A DNA stretch of 47,203 bases. It comes from Rhodanobacter sp. GTDB taxonomy: Bacteria; Pseudomonadota; Gammaproteobacteria; Xanthomonadales; Rhodanobacteraceae. The position numbers and the translations under genes are program-made. This document shows, piece by piece, positions 28,669 through 39,126 of the stretch (the stretch's first letter is position 1; every line of letters begins with the position of its first letter). A model generated the notes under the pieces. The model ran no database searches. It saw nothing but the letters and a program-made list of their open reading frames with translations, and had not been told where the DNA came from. The stretch covers positions 1-47,203 of the forward strand of contig DATNGL010000249.1 of NCBI GenBank assembly GCA_035605895.1, written 5' to 3'.

Positions 28669-28872
28669 ATGGCAAGCATCTTCACAAGCACCTTCGACAA
28701 GCCCATCAGGGTTCGACGCGGCAGCGCTGACGCCCAGCCTTGGCAGGCGATCAGGATCGAGAGCGGCGACGCGGCGATCAGCCTATCCCGCGAAGAATCC
28801 GTCCAGCTCGAAGCTGACTTGCACGCGATCAACACGGAAGCGACGCCGGTCGATGCGGGGGCGGAGGCATGA
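28669..28872 (+). CDS. Hypothetical protein, first pL gene
   Basis: GGGAG RBS; coupled to the next ORF. Confidence 0.7.
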   Translation: MASIFTSTFDKPIRVRRGSADAQPWQAIRIESGDAAISLSREESVQLEADLHAINTEATPVDAGAEA

Positions 28873-29615
28873 GCACCACATGGATCACCGACGCCAACGG
28901 CAACCGCTGCAGCGTAGAATATTTTGGCTCGACGGAGGCCGCGCAAGCCGCGCTTGATAGCCTGAAAAACTGCCGTGATTGCACGAACTGCTCCCGCTGC
29001 TCCCGCTGCTCCCGCTGCTCCGGCTGCTCCTACTGCTCCGACTGCTCCGACTGCTCCGACTGCTCCGACTGCTCCGGCTGCTCCTACTGCTCCCGCTGCT
29101 CCTACTGCTCCGACTGCTCCGACTGCTCCGGCTGCTCCCGCTGCTCCGACTGCTCCGACTGCTCCGACTGCTCCCGCTGCTACGGCTGCTCCCGCTGCTC
29201 CGGCTGCTCCGGCTGCTCCGGCTGCTCCGGCTGCTCCCGCTGCTCCTACTGCTCCGACTGCTCCGGCTGCTCCCGCTGCTCCCGCTGCTACGGCAAGACT
29301 GGCGACGCATCCATTGCGCCCAATATACCGGTGATCGAAAACATCGACGCAACCGTTCTTGCGGCCTGCAGCGCGCCGCAAGCGCTCGATATGCGCAACT
29401 GGCACTCATGCAACACCACGCACTGTCGCGCCGGTTGGGTAGTGCATTTGGCCGGCGAAGCTGGCTATGCGCTGGAGCGATTCCACAACACCGCGTTGGC
29501 CGCACAGCTGATCTACCGCGAGAGCGGCGCTCCGATCAATCCGGCCAGGTTCTACGAATCGAACGACGAAGCGATGGCTGACATGCGCAAGCGTGCCGGC
29601 GAGGAGGTCGTATGA
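28869..29615 (+). CDS. Cys-X-X repeat protein with C-terminal WHSCNTTHCRAGW domain
   Basis: GGAGG RBS, ATGA coupling at both ends, 36 CXX units. Confidence 0.85.
   Translation: MSTTWITDANGNRCSVEYFGSTEAAQAALDSLKNCRDCTNCSRCSRCSRCSGCSYCSDCSDCSDCSDCSGCSYCSRCSYCSDCSDCSGCSRCSDCSDCSDCSRCYGCSRCSGCSGCSGCSGCSRCSYCSDCSGCSRCSRCYGKTGDASIAPNIPVIENIDATVLAACSAPQALDMRNWHSCNTTHCRAGWVVHLAGEAGYALERFHNTALAAQLIYRESGAPINPARFYESNDEAMADMRKRAGEEVV
28971..29294 (+). repeat. 9-bp tandem repeat x36, consensus TGCTCC(CGC/GGC/GAC/TAC)
   Basis: Directly visible. Confidence 0.97.
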
Positions 29616-31459
29616 ACACCCGCCCCACCGAACCGCACACCTACTACGACCTGCGCGTCCAGCTCGAACTGGAGCGCCTGCTCGCGGCCAAGCGTGCCGA
29701 CGAAGCCGCGCGCGAGGAACGCTATCGCCGGCTGCGCACGCCGAGCATGGTCGAACCCGATCCCGAGACCGTCCCGACGTGGGAGCGCGGCGACGACTCG
29801 CTGCCGCCGGTCAAGTTCTGGCTGGCGTGGATCGGGATGCTGGCGTTCTCGCTGGGCTGCACGTATGGCGCGATCAAGTTCATCGCGTGGCTGCCTAAGT
29901 TGTGGGAGATCGTGGCATGAGCGGGCATATGCCAGGGCCGTGGCATATCTGCCCACCAGGTCAAGCCTCTCACCACTGGATTATCGCCCAACCCGATGGT
30001 TCGTCGGTCGCCGATTGCTCTCCTGTTGGCCCTTGGGTTTCGGATGAGACTGCTGAGGCCAACGCCCGCCTGATCGCCACTGCGCCGAGGTTGCTGGCTT
30101 TCGCCGAACTTTTTGTGTCCACGTATCACGAAGAGGGAGTGCCGAACTTTGAGTGGTTCGCCCACGAGGCGCAGCGGATCATCGCCGCCGCAACCGGAGA
30201 GCAGGCATGAACACTCCCGTGGATGTGCTGGCGGTGCTGGACGATCACATCCGTGTGCATGGACGCAACCACTGCCCGAATCATGCTCGCGAGCTTGTCG
30301 AAGTCCGCCATATCGTGGCCGAGCTGATCGCGGCGTCGCAACGTGTCATCGCGTCAGATGATGCGCATGACTCACCATACGCGATCGACGACATTGCACG
30401 CATGGTCAAGTACGAGCATGCATTTGCTGGACTGCGTGCCGCCCTCGCCAACATCGGGAGCACCCTATGACCACCCTGTCTTCCCATGACCTCTGGCTGC
30501 AATCTCCCGTCGCCGACGACCCCGCCTATTCCGCCGACGATGATTCGATCATCGACGACATGGTCGCCGAGCCGGATTGCTTAGACCACTGGCTGAGCGG
30601 CCGTCCGTGCCCGTCGTCGGTCGCCGGCCTGCTCTCGCTGATCCTGGATCGCGGACTGCCGCGCAAGGACAAGAGCGAGCGCGACGACATCCTGTGCGAT
30701 CGGTATGACGACCTGATCGACTCCGTTCGCGCCGACTTCAAGGTGTGGGCGCAGCAGCCGCTCGCATTCCCGAACGGCTTGGTGATCAAGCCGGCGCCGG
30801 TGGATGCGTGGAGGGAAGGCAAATGAACGAGCAAATCAAAAATGGTGGGCCGGCACTGAATGAGCGCGAACTTGATGATGATTATCCGGTGTACTTCGAT
30901 TATCTCTATGTCGCGGACGGGAAAATCGTCAGGAGCGACGTTCAGGGCAGCGTCGCAACTCTTCGCCGCGATCTCCAGTCGCAGGGCATAAGCGCTGAAC
31001 GGATTACGTCTTGCGACATCTTTGGACGCCGCGCCGCCCGCGAGGCCAAGTCATGACCGATTTGCTCACCGACGACTGGCTGACCGCCATGCGCGAGCGA
31101 GACGCGCGCCTGCAAGCCGTACTGGCCGAGGCCATCGCGACCGCCACCACCACCCGCGATGCGCTGGACATCGCCCTTTTCACGCTGGATTCCGCGCCGG
31201 TCCTCCCGCCGGTAGCCACTCCCCCTGGGCGTGCGGAATCCAGCACCTTTTCCCCGGAGGCCGCATGAACACATCGCTGATGCACGCCGACACGATGGAG
31301 TCGATTCGTCCTCGCTCGAACGATGAGCGTATGGCGCACTGGGCGGCGAAGTATTTCGCGCTCGGCTTTCACCGCCGACCCGAGAAGCCGCGCGTCAAGG
31401 TCACCGTCCCGGCACCCCTTTCCAACAGCGAGCCCGGCGATCCGGGCAAGGATTTGTAA
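29612..31459 (+). other. Seven small coupled early genes (29612-29920, 29917-30210, 30207-30470, 30467-30826, 30823-31056, 31053-31268, 31265-31459)
   Basis: ATGA overlaps and RBSs; 29917-30210 has the PGPW...EANARLIATAP phage motif; 29612-29920 has a C-terminal TM. Confidence 0.7.
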
Positions 31460-32421
31460 TGGACGGACAATCGCTCATCCCGCTTGAGTCGATCAATGCG
31501 GTCGAAGTTTTCACCGGACCGAACCTGGACGACTTGCTGGCCAAGATCAGACAGGAAACCGCCAGCATCGTGCCGGACGTGTCAACCGCTGGCGGTCGCA
31601 AGGAAATTGCCTCGCTTGCTTACAAGGTGGCGCGCAGCAAGACCACGATTGACGACGCCGGCAAGTCGTTGGTCGAGGACTGGAAGAATCAGGCCAAGGT
31701 AGTTGATGCGGCCCGCAAAAAGGCTCGCGATTATCTGGACGCGCTCAAGGATGAGGTACGCAAGCCGCTGGATGATTGGGAGGCTGAGCAGGCGCGCATC
31801 GAGCAGGAAATCGCCGCCAAGGCCGAGGCGGATCGTTTGGCTGCCATCGAAGCCGAGCGCCAGGCTGCCGAGACTGCCGCCGCCGAGATGGCTCGACGCG
31901 AGGCTGAAATTGCCGCTCGTGAGGCCGCCATTGCGGCGAAGGAAAAAGCTGCCGCTGATGCGTTAGCTGCGGAACAGGCTGCCAAGGCCCGTGCTGAGCG
32001 CGAGGAAGCGATCCGTAAGGAAGCTGCCGCCAAGGCGGAACGCGATGCTGCCGAGGCCATAGCTGCTGCTGAGCGTGCCGCCGCCGAAGCCAAGGCGAAA
32101 GCCGAGCGCGACGCCGAAGCCGCCAAGCAGGCCGCCATCGCCGCCTGTGAGAAGGCGGCGCGTGACCAAGCTGAGGCCATCCGCCAGACCGAGGAACGCG
32201 CACGTAAGCAGGCCGAACAAATCGAGCGGGATCGACTGGCTGCCGAAGAACGCGAGCGCGTGGCCGAGGAAAAGCGTGCGGCGAACAAGCGGCATGCGGC
32301 GAAGATCAATAACGAAGTCGTGGCTGATCTGGTGAAGGCTGGATGCACCGAAGAAACCGCGAAGCTTGTTGTGATCGCCATTGCATCCGGCAGGGTCGCG
32401 CATACCAGCATCGCTTACTAG
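31459..32421 (+). CDS. Coiled-coil Ala/Glu/Arg-rich phage protein
   Basis: GRKEIASLAYKVARSKT N-terminal motif and long coiled coil; precedes recombination genes. Confidence 0.75.
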   Translation: MDGQSLIPLESINAVEVFTGPNLDDLLAKIRQETASIVPDVSTAGGRKEIASLAYKVARSKTTIDDAGKSLVEDWKNQAKVVDAARKKARDYLDALKDEVRKPLDDWEAEQARIEQEIAAKAEADRLAAIEAERQAAETAAAEMARREAEIAAREAAIAAKEKAAADALAAEQAAKARAEREEAIRKEAAAKAERDAAEAIAAAERAAAEAKAKAERDAEAAKQAAIAACEKAARDQAEAIRQTEERARKQAEQIERDRLAAEERERVAEEKRAANKRHAAKINNEVVADLVKAGCTEETAKLVVIAIASGRVAHTSIAY

Positions 32422-32432
32422 TGGAGAGCGAA

Positions 32433-33182
32433 ATGAGCAACGCAGCACGAGTCATCGAACACGAACCCAAGACATTGCAGGTATCAGCGCCGTCTAACAG
32501 CCCGATGGGTAGCGCGCTGGCGTTCCTGCAAGGCGGCGGCAACATCGAGCAGCTGAATCACATGATGGACTTACAGGACCGTTGGGAAGCCAACGAGGCG
32601 CGCAAGGCGTTTACTGTCGCGATGACCGGCTTTAAAGCTGAGCCGGTGGAAATCTTCAAGCGCAAGGAAGTCGCTTTCCTTGACGTGAAATACATGCACG
32701 CCGAGCTTTCCGACATCACCGACGCCATCGGCCCGGCGCTGGCGAAGCACAGCCTGTCCTTTCGCTGGAATGTCCATCAGGAAAGCGGGGCGATAAAGGT
32801 TGACTGCATCCTGACGCACGTTCTCGGCCATTCCGAAACGGTCACGATGACAGGATCGCCTGACAAGTCAGGCAAGAAGAACGACATCCAGTCCATCGCA
32901 TCCACCACCACCTATTTGCAGCGCTACACCCTGCTGGCGATCACCGGCATGTCCACGAAGGGAATGGACAACGACGGGCGCGGATCGGAAGAGCCGGGGG
33001 CGCCGGAAGATGACAAGGCGCTGGACTGGATCGCTACCGCCGAGGGACTGATCAGCTTGGACGATTACAAGGCGAAAAAGGCCGAAGTAATCAAGGTCTA
33101 TGGGGACGTGAAGAATGTTCCGAAACCTGTGCTTGCCGCGTTCAACGCCAAGTTCAACAAGCTGAAGGCGTCCGCGAAATGA
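32433..33182 (+). CDS. erf: ERF-family single-strand annealing protein
   Basis: HAELSDI...PALAKHSLSF, CILTH..GHSE and QSIASTTTYLQRYTL motifs. Confidence 0.85.
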   Translation: MSNAARVIEHEPKTLQVSAPSNSPMGSALAFLQGGGNIEQLNHMMDLQDRWEANEARKAFTVAMTGFKAEPVEIFKRKEVAFLDVKYMHAELSDITDAIGPALAKHSLSFRWNVHQESGAIKVDCILTHVLGHSETVTMTGSPDKSGKKNDIQSIASTTTYLQRYTLLAITGMSTKGMDNDGRGSEEPGAPEDDKALDWIATAEGLISLDDYKAKKAEVIKVYGDVKNVPKPVLAAFNAKFNKLKASAK

Positions 33183-33808
33183 GCGGCCCCATTTTCCACT
33201 TCAATATCGAGCAGGGCACGGATCCGTGGCATGAACTTCGCGCCGGCAAGTGGAGCGCTTCACGCGCGGCAACGATAATGGGCGGCCTGACTACGAAGGG
33301 TCTTGACGACCTGATCATGGATATTGCGTGGGGCCGCGTCTATGGGCCGGTCGAACACTCCACGTTCAAGTCTGCGGCGATGGAGCGCGGCAACAACCTG
33401 GAGCCTGATACGCGCGAGAGCTATGCCTTCACCACTGACCGCGTGATTGATCAATGTGGCTTCGTGGAACACGCGACCATTCCGCATGTGGGTTGGTCAC
33501 CCGATGGCCTGCACGGTCTCAAGCATGGCATCGAAGCGAAGAATCAGCTGCACAAGGCTTACATGGAAGTGCGTCGCACGGGAAAGATTCCGTCCGAGTA
33601 TCTGTGGCAGACGAAGTGGGGTATGTGGGTCGGTGAACTGGATTCGATGGACTTCCTGTGCGATCACCCGAAGGCGGGACTTATCATCATTCCGTGCACC
33701 GTCACGCGGGCAGAGTGCGACGCCATGGCGGCGCGCGTGGCGATCCTTGAACCACGCGTTCAGGCATGGATCGACATTCTGCAAGGCAAGGTTGCGCAAG
33801 CCGCATGA
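33179..33808 (+). CDS. YqaJ/lambda-exonuclease family protein
   Basis: EQGTDPWHELRAG..SAS, AMERGNNLEP, SPDG, IEAK. Confidence 0.9.
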   Translation: MSGPIFHFNIEQGTDPWHELRAGKWSASRAATIMGGLTTKGLDDLIMDIAWGRVYGPVEHSTFKSAAMERGNNLEPDTRESYAFTTDRVIDQCGFVEHATIPHVGWSPDGLHGLKHGIEAKNQLHKAYMEVRRTGKIPSEYLWQTKWGMWVGELDSMDFLCDHPKAGLIIIPCTVTRAECDAMAARVAILEPRVQAWIDILQGKVAQAA

Positions 33809-34290
33809 ATCCGCATGCCGCCAGCACGAAGCGTCGCAAGCCCAAGACATTATGGCGTGTCGGTAAGGGCGTCCTGGTACCGCACGATGCTTACACAACG
33901 TCACAGTTGCGAGACAAGGGCTATCACATCGGGGATGTGCTGATCGCCGAACTGCGCAAGCCAAGGAATCCGAAGTTTCACGGTCTAGCTCACGGTCTTG
34001 GCGGGTTGATCGCGGCGAACCTTGAGCCATTCGATGGCGTCGAGGCTCATCAAGTGCTTAAGCGCCTGCAGATCGAGGCCAACGTGGGATGCGACGAGAT
34101 CGCACTGAACTTTCCCGGTGTCGGGCCATGTACCTACCGCGTGCCGCGCAGCCTTTCGTTCGAGTCGATGGACGAAGGGGAGTTCAAGCAGGTGATCGCC
34201 AGCATGTGCAATTACGTCAGCAAAACTTATTGGCCATCCCTGTCGCCCGAGAAGATCGAGGCGATGGCGGAAGTTTGGGTTTCCGCATGA
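33805..34290 (+). CDS. DUF1367/NinB-like protein
   Basis: KPRNPKFH and PRSLSFESMDEGEF motifs. Confidence 0.65.
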   Translation: MNPHAASTKRRKPKTLWRVGKGVLVPHDAYTTSQLRDKGYHIGDVLIAELRKPRNPKFHGLAHGLGGLIAANLEPFDGVEAHQVLKRLQIEANVGCDEIALNFPGVGPCTYRVPRSLSFESMDEGEFKQVIASMCNYVSKTYWPSLSPEKIEAMAEVWVSA

Positions 34291-34568
34291 CCACCGCCGC
34301 CGACCGCAAGTGGTTCGCCGCGACCGCATCCATCGAACTGTGCGCGCTTTGCGGTGCGCAGGGCGAGCAGGTATGCCATCGCGACTACGGAAAGGGAATG
34401 GGACTCAAGACGAAAGCCTGGATGACCACGTACCTGTGCGGCAACTGCCATCGCCAACTGACGGACGGCAAGGAATACAACCGCGATCAGAAGCGCGCCC
34501 TGATGGACCGCGCCATCGTCAACACACACAGCCGGCTGATTGAGGCTGGGAAGTTGAAGCTCGTTTAA
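34287..34568 (+). CDS. HNH-like zinc-binding nuclease
   Basis: CALC...H...GKGMGLK...LCGNCH. Confidence 0.7.
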   Translation: MTTAADRKWFAATASIELCALCGAQGEQVCHRDYGKGMGLKTKAWMTTYLCGNCHRQLTDGKEYNRDQKRALMDRAIVNTHSRLIEAGKLKLV

Positions 34569-34590
34569 CCGACACGAAGAGGATTGAGGG

Positions 34591-37500
34591 ATGAGCGATT
34601 CACTGGCCGATGCGTTGCCGCGCGAGATTGAGCGCGTGCAGGAACTACTGCCGTTTTATGACGCGATCCCGACCGGCATGTTTGCCGCGACGATGATGCG
34701 CAACTCGATCAAGGGCGCAATCAACGCGATGGCAAAAGGCGACGTGATTTCGATGCTTCGTTGCTACGAAGACCTGAAAGGATACTCAGCATGACCAACC
34801 CCATCCCCAACTGCCCGCAAGAAGATAAGCCGATCCGCGAGAGGGCTTATACTCCTAAGCAACAAGGCCCGCGCGTTGTGTGCTGCGTCTGCGGCGAGCC
34901 GTGCAGCATCTATTCGCCAATCTGCGCGAAGTGCGCGACAGCGACTTTCACCACCATCGAGAACAAGCCATGACCGCGCTCCTGCGAGAGCTTGCTGAGC
35001 GATGGAAGGTCGTTCCGAATGTGTACGGATCGGCCGAGGAAACATACCGCGAATGTGCTGACGAACTCCTCTCCATCCTCGACGCCGAGGGCGATGGCTG
35101 CGCGGTGACGGAGCTTATCCGCACCGCTCCGGAGCAGATTTATTTGCAGATCAGCGACGACGAATCCGATCATGAAGAAGCTTTCCCTGCCGATCACGGC
35201 GACGAAATTACGTGGTGTGCAGATTCGGTGCTTGACTGCGAAGTGAAGTACATCCGATCTGATCTGGTAACGCGCCACGACTCCGCGCGATCTGGCGGCG
35301 ATGGCGGGGCGGTAGGTGAAGTTGTATCGCGTGAGTCGGCTTTGGCAGCAATAGGCCATGTTGAACGGCACAACGGCCCCGGACGCGCAAAACAGGCCCA
35401 CGAAATGCTCAAGCCAGTAACCAACCCCGCACAATCTGGCGGGGTGAGCGATGCGGATGTGCGTGGAGCTTGCCGCGCCTTTTACGGCGAGCGCTGGCTG
35501 CGCATGGAACAAGAACAGCCAATGCGCTGGATGCGAGCCGCCCTCACCCACTTCGCCAAAGTGGCGGAGGTGAGCGGGGATGCGGAGGATGCAGCGAGGT
35601 GGCGGTTTTTGCGCAATAAGGCCGTCGATGGGTTTATGCGACTGTCTTCCGGGCCTTCGCTTAACTGCGACGAGCCAGAGCGAGAATGGGATTCGTGGAT
35701 CGACGCCGCCCGCAAAGGAGAACGCCATGCATAGTTGTACCGACACAACGCCGATATGCCGTGGCTGTGGACGAGAGTTGCGTGGCAGCCCGTACCGAAA
35801 AGGCGGCCGTGCTTACTACCCGTTAAACGAGCTAGGTATCGTGCGTGCCTGCTATTACGGCGGATGGGTTTGCTCGGAGTCGTGCGATATACGCGCATGC
35901 AAGGAGCTGGAGGAAAGCATGCCTGGTCATGGAAATGGCTCTGGCCTTTCTCGCGAAACTAGAAAAAGAATTGAATCAAAGTGGGGAGAACGCCATGAGT
36001 AAGTATTCGGTGAAGGAAGTGCGGGCTGAAGCAGACAGGCACGCGCGAGTATTCGATGAAGTACCAATGCGCATGCTCAACGACTACGCCGACCTCCTTG
36101 AGCGCATCAAGGCGGACGAGGGGGCGGTGCCGGACGGCTATACCGCGCTGCTCAGTGATGGCAAACGCTACTGGTCCGACAAGCCCGGTGAGTACGGAGA
36201 CTGGAAACCGTACTTTCTCGGCCACCCGCCAGCACAGGCGGCGCAGATGCGGGCAGATAGAATCCTCAAAGGAGATCCGTCATGACGATGACGCTGGAAC
36301 AGGTGAAAAATCAACTTCGCCATCGGAGCGATGACCCAGATTACCGGACCCTTACCAACGAGACCGCTAACGAAATGGCCGACGCCATCGACGCGTATCT
36401 TGTCGCTGTGCGCGAGGTGATTGCCAGTCATCGCCGCGAGATCGAGCTATGCAATAAACACGATCAGGAGTCGATCGACTATCTGACGGAGCAAACTGAC
36501 AAGCTCGAAGCGGCGATCAAGGGAGCGGCGTGATGACCGATCCGAATCCTCTCGCCACCGGCCCGACGAAAGGGCGCGCAGATCACTGCGTCACGCATCA
36601 CTACGCCTGCGATTGCCGCGAATGGGAGCATGTGTGCGTGGTTGAGCGTCTTGAATCCCGCCTCGCTGCGGCGAATGCGCTGCTGCGGTACTTATCACGC
36701 TATCTCGACCCGCGCCATTACGCCGAAGCGATCAAGAAAATCGACGAACACCTGCAAGGAGCTGGCGATGAAGCTTAAGTGCTCGTGGTCTCAAGACCAA
36801 GACGGAAACTGGCTTACCGATTGCGACAACATCTTCGTTATCACCGAAGGTACGCCATCGGAAAACGACATGAAATTCTGCTGTTACTGCGGGGAAGAGC
36901 TTGCCGAACACCGCTTCGATACCGGGGAGGATGCGTGATGAGGGATAAGCAGTTCCACGCACTGTGCGCTGCGCGCGCGCTTCATGCCCTGATTGCCAAG
37001 AACAATCGGAAAGGCGTCACAACATATGACGATGAGATTTTCGCCCTAATAGCATCGGGAGCCATCGCCTACGCTGATCGTATGGTTGAGGCAAGGAGGA
37101 GGCGCTATAGCTGGCCGTATCGCATCATGGTTGATTGGTTTATGTGGATAGACTCATTCAGCAAGCCGCCAACCGACCGACGCACACCGGAGGTGGAGTG
37201 ATGATTCTTCAAGAATTGAAAATCGAGATTGAGCGCTGGGGAGAGAACAAGGGTCAATACAAAGGCGCGGCTAAGTTCGGCGACGAACGCGGCGAAGTAT
37301 CCCTGAATCTGTCGAGTGAACACATCGACCAAATATTCAGCGTTTGCGCGAATGGCATCATCGAAACAGCAAAGCGTGCCGCGAGTGATATGACGTGCAA
37401 GATCATCGAGCAGGCTGGGGTTGAACGACACAAAATCGCGGAAGATGTGCAGCCGGACACTCTTCTGTCGCGTATCAGTCGCGCATTGACGCGCACATCG

Positions 37501-37715
37501 GAGCGGCAAGAGTGACTGACCGCGCCTTCCAGATTCACTGCGCCCGCGTCTATCTCGCGCAGGCTCGCGTCTGGCGATTCCGCGCGGCTGAACTTCCGTG
37601 GTACTGGCGCAGCTTCTGGCAGTACCTGGACTACGCGGCGGAGTGCCGGCGCAATGCTGCGGCGATGCGCGAGCCGCAGCTGGATCTATTCGAAGCGATG
37701 AGGAGATTGAAATGA
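34591..37715 (+). other. About eleven small coupled accessory genes (34591-34794, 34791-34973, 34970-35734, 35727-36002, 35995-36285, 36282-36533, 36530-36778, 36768-36938, 36935-37201, 37198-37515, 37512-37715)
   Basis: Overlapping starts/stops with GGAG RBSs; several CxxC motifs; functions unknown. Confidence 0.65.
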
Positions 37716-37921
37716 CGACAGTAAAGGTGCGAATTGCGGTAGCGGTTGACGCGAAGGGCAGATGGAACTCTTGCGGATGGGATGGCGCGAAATCCGATGC
37801 CGACAAGATGGATTTGTGTGTGGAAACACTAGCGGGCGGCGAGGCGCGTTATTGGCTGGATGCTGAGCTTGCGCTGCCAAGTGAAGCCATCGCCGTGCAG
37901 CCATCTGTGACTGCGGCCTAA
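37712..37921 (+). CDS. Hypothetical protein whose TAA lies in the first recombination core site
   Basis: AGGAG RBS; MTTVKVRIAVAVD; ends GCC TAA C. Confidence 0.75.
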   Translation: MTTVKVRIAVAVDAKGRWNSCGWDGAKSDADKMDLCVETLAGGEARYWLDAELALPSEAIAVQPSVTAA

Positions 37922-37971
37922 CCCCTGAATTAAGCGGCGGCGTGCCGTCCGCCTTGAATGAATTGTTAGGA
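37916..37971 (-). repeat. Integron attC site 1 (56 bp)
   Basis: Minus strand TCCTAAC-AATTC-ATTCAAGG-loop-GCTTAAT-TCAGGG-GTTAGGC. Confidence 0.9.
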
Positions 37972-37983
37972 CGCGACCGAGGA

Positions 37984-38178
37984 ATGAAGATGGAAATGCA
38001 CGACGAAAAAGAAGAGAAGCTGCGCGAGGAATGGCGTCTTGGTGAATACGACAATGGTGAGCATGGCTGCCCGAATTGCGGGCGTAGTCGCCTTTGCCTT
38101 TGCCCGAACGGCAAGCACCGATGCGAAAAATGCAACTGGTCGCCTGAGCTCGGCACATATGCGCCGGTAAACGATTAG
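37984..38178 (+). CDS. Cassette 1 ORF, zinc-ribbon protein
   Basis: CPNC...CEKC; start 37984 or 37990 after GAGGA. Confidence 0.75.
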   Translation: MKMEMHDEKEEKLREEWRLGEYDNGEHGCPNCGRSRLCLCPNGKHRCEKCNWSPELGTYAPVND

Positions 38179-38180
38179 CG

Positions 38181-38236
38181 GCCTAACCCTTGAATTAAGC
38201 GGCGGCGAAGCCGTCCGCTTGGATGACGTGTTAGGC
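38181..38236 (-). repeat. Integron attC site 2 (56 bp)
   Basis: Minus strand GCCTAAC-ACGTC-ATCCAAGC-loop-GCTTAAT-TCAAGG-GTTAGGC. Confidence 0.9.
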
Positions 38237-38247
38237 GACGAATCACC

Positions 38248-38463
38248 ATGAGGAAATGGACGATGGGAATTGAATACGAGTTCGCAGTGGAGCAGCAAGG
38301 CGAATTTCTGGCTGGCGGGACAACTACCGATGCAGATAGTGCGCTCGCCGAAGCTGAGCACTACGAAATGATGTACAGCGCAGACGGTCCGCTTACGCTC
38401 AAGTTTTGGCGAAAAGAGGAACTCACCCGAGGCGAAATTGAGGCGATCATCGAAAACGCCTAA
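38248..38463 (+). CDS. Cassette 2 ORF, acidic hypothetical protein
   Basis: Stop TAA inside GCCTAAC of site 3; start 38248 or 38263. Confidence 0.75.
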   Translation: MRKWTMGIEYEFAVEQQGEFLAGGTTTDADSALAEAEHYEMMYSADGPLTLKFWRKEELTRGEIEAIIENA

Positions 38464-38513
38464 CCCCTGAATTAAGCCGCGCCGTAGGCGTCGGCTTGAA
38501 TGACGTGTTAGCA
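38458..38513 (-). repeat. Integron attC site 3 (56 bp)
   Basis: Minus strand TGCTAAC-ACGTC-ATTCAAGC-CGACGCCTACGGCGCG-GCTTAAT-TCAGGG-GTTAGGC. Confidence 0.92.
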
Positions 38514-38524
38514 CGGAGACGACA

Positions 38525-38725
38525 ATGGAGGCGCGAGAAGCGGTTGACCTGATTGCTGGCATTCGCGTGTTTTTGGCGACGCGTGAACGGATAAAACAGC
38601 CGGAAGGGCTGGAACTGTTTGACGAATGCATCAATGTGCTGCGCGGACAAATACCCCTTCCGCGAAAGGTCTGGCCCGAGTGTGGACACGAAGAACCGTG
38701 CACGTTGTGCGACAACGGCTGGTGA
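38525..38725 (+). CDS. Cassette 3 ORF, small protein with C-terminal Cys/His cluster
   Basis: GGAG RBS; ECGHEEPCTLC; fills the cassette. Confidence 0.75.
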   Translation: MEAREAVDLIAGIRVFLATRERIKQPEGLELFDECINVLRGQIPLPRKVWPECGHEEPCTLCDNGW

Positions 38726-38726
38726 G

Positions 38727-38782
38727 TGCTAACGATTAAATTGAGCTGCGGCGCAGCCGTCCGCTTGAATGAATTGTTAGGT
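38727..38782 (-). repeat. Integron attC site 4 (56 bp)
   Basis: Minus strand ACCTAAC-AATTC-ATTCAAGC-loop-GCTCAAT-TTAATC-GTTAGCA. Confidence 0.88.
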
Positions 38783-38800
38783 GGCGATTGGAGAGACGAT

Positions 38801-39121
38801 ATGTTTGAAGAAACACAGGAACAACTTGAATTTCACAACAAACTTGAATTGTGGTACGGGCCGGCTGACAGGAAAGCAGCAGTGCTTAATCGGCTAGAAG
38901 GCGTCCGGCTTCAAGGCGGGTACATTTGCCTGGAGCTTATTGACGATGATGGAGATTCCGTCGAAGTGGCAATCCGCCTTGCGGAACTCGTAAAGATACA
39001 TGGTGATTTCATCAAATACATTCACCCGATAGACGCGGAAGATAGTAAATCCGAAACCCTGAAGGCGTTGGGAGAGGCGATAGTTTCGATTGAATCGCAA
39101 CACAGCGAGGTTGCAGTATGA
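38801..39121 (+). CDS. Cassette 4 ORF, acidic hypothetical protein, visibly lower GC
   Basis: GGAGAG RBS, MFEETQEQLEF; fills the cassette. Confidence 0.78.
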   Translation: MFEETQEQLEFHNKLELWYGPADRKAAVLNRLEGVRLQGGYICLELIDDDGDSVEVAIRLAELVKIHGDFIKYIHPIDAEDSKSETLKALGEAIVSIESQHSEVAV

Positions 39122-39126
39122 GCCTA

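Noticed and set aside
28629..29581. Alternative-frame ORFs over the 9-bp repeat (poly-AP, poly-LR, poly-SR, poly-GA)
   Set aside because: Stop-free by-products of the repeat; only the Cys frame has an RBS and coupled start and stop
38726..38800. N-terminal extensions of cassette ORFs (MLTIKLSCGAAVRLNELLG, MPSALNELLG)
   Set aside because: These are translations of attC DNA; RBS-supported starts lie downstream
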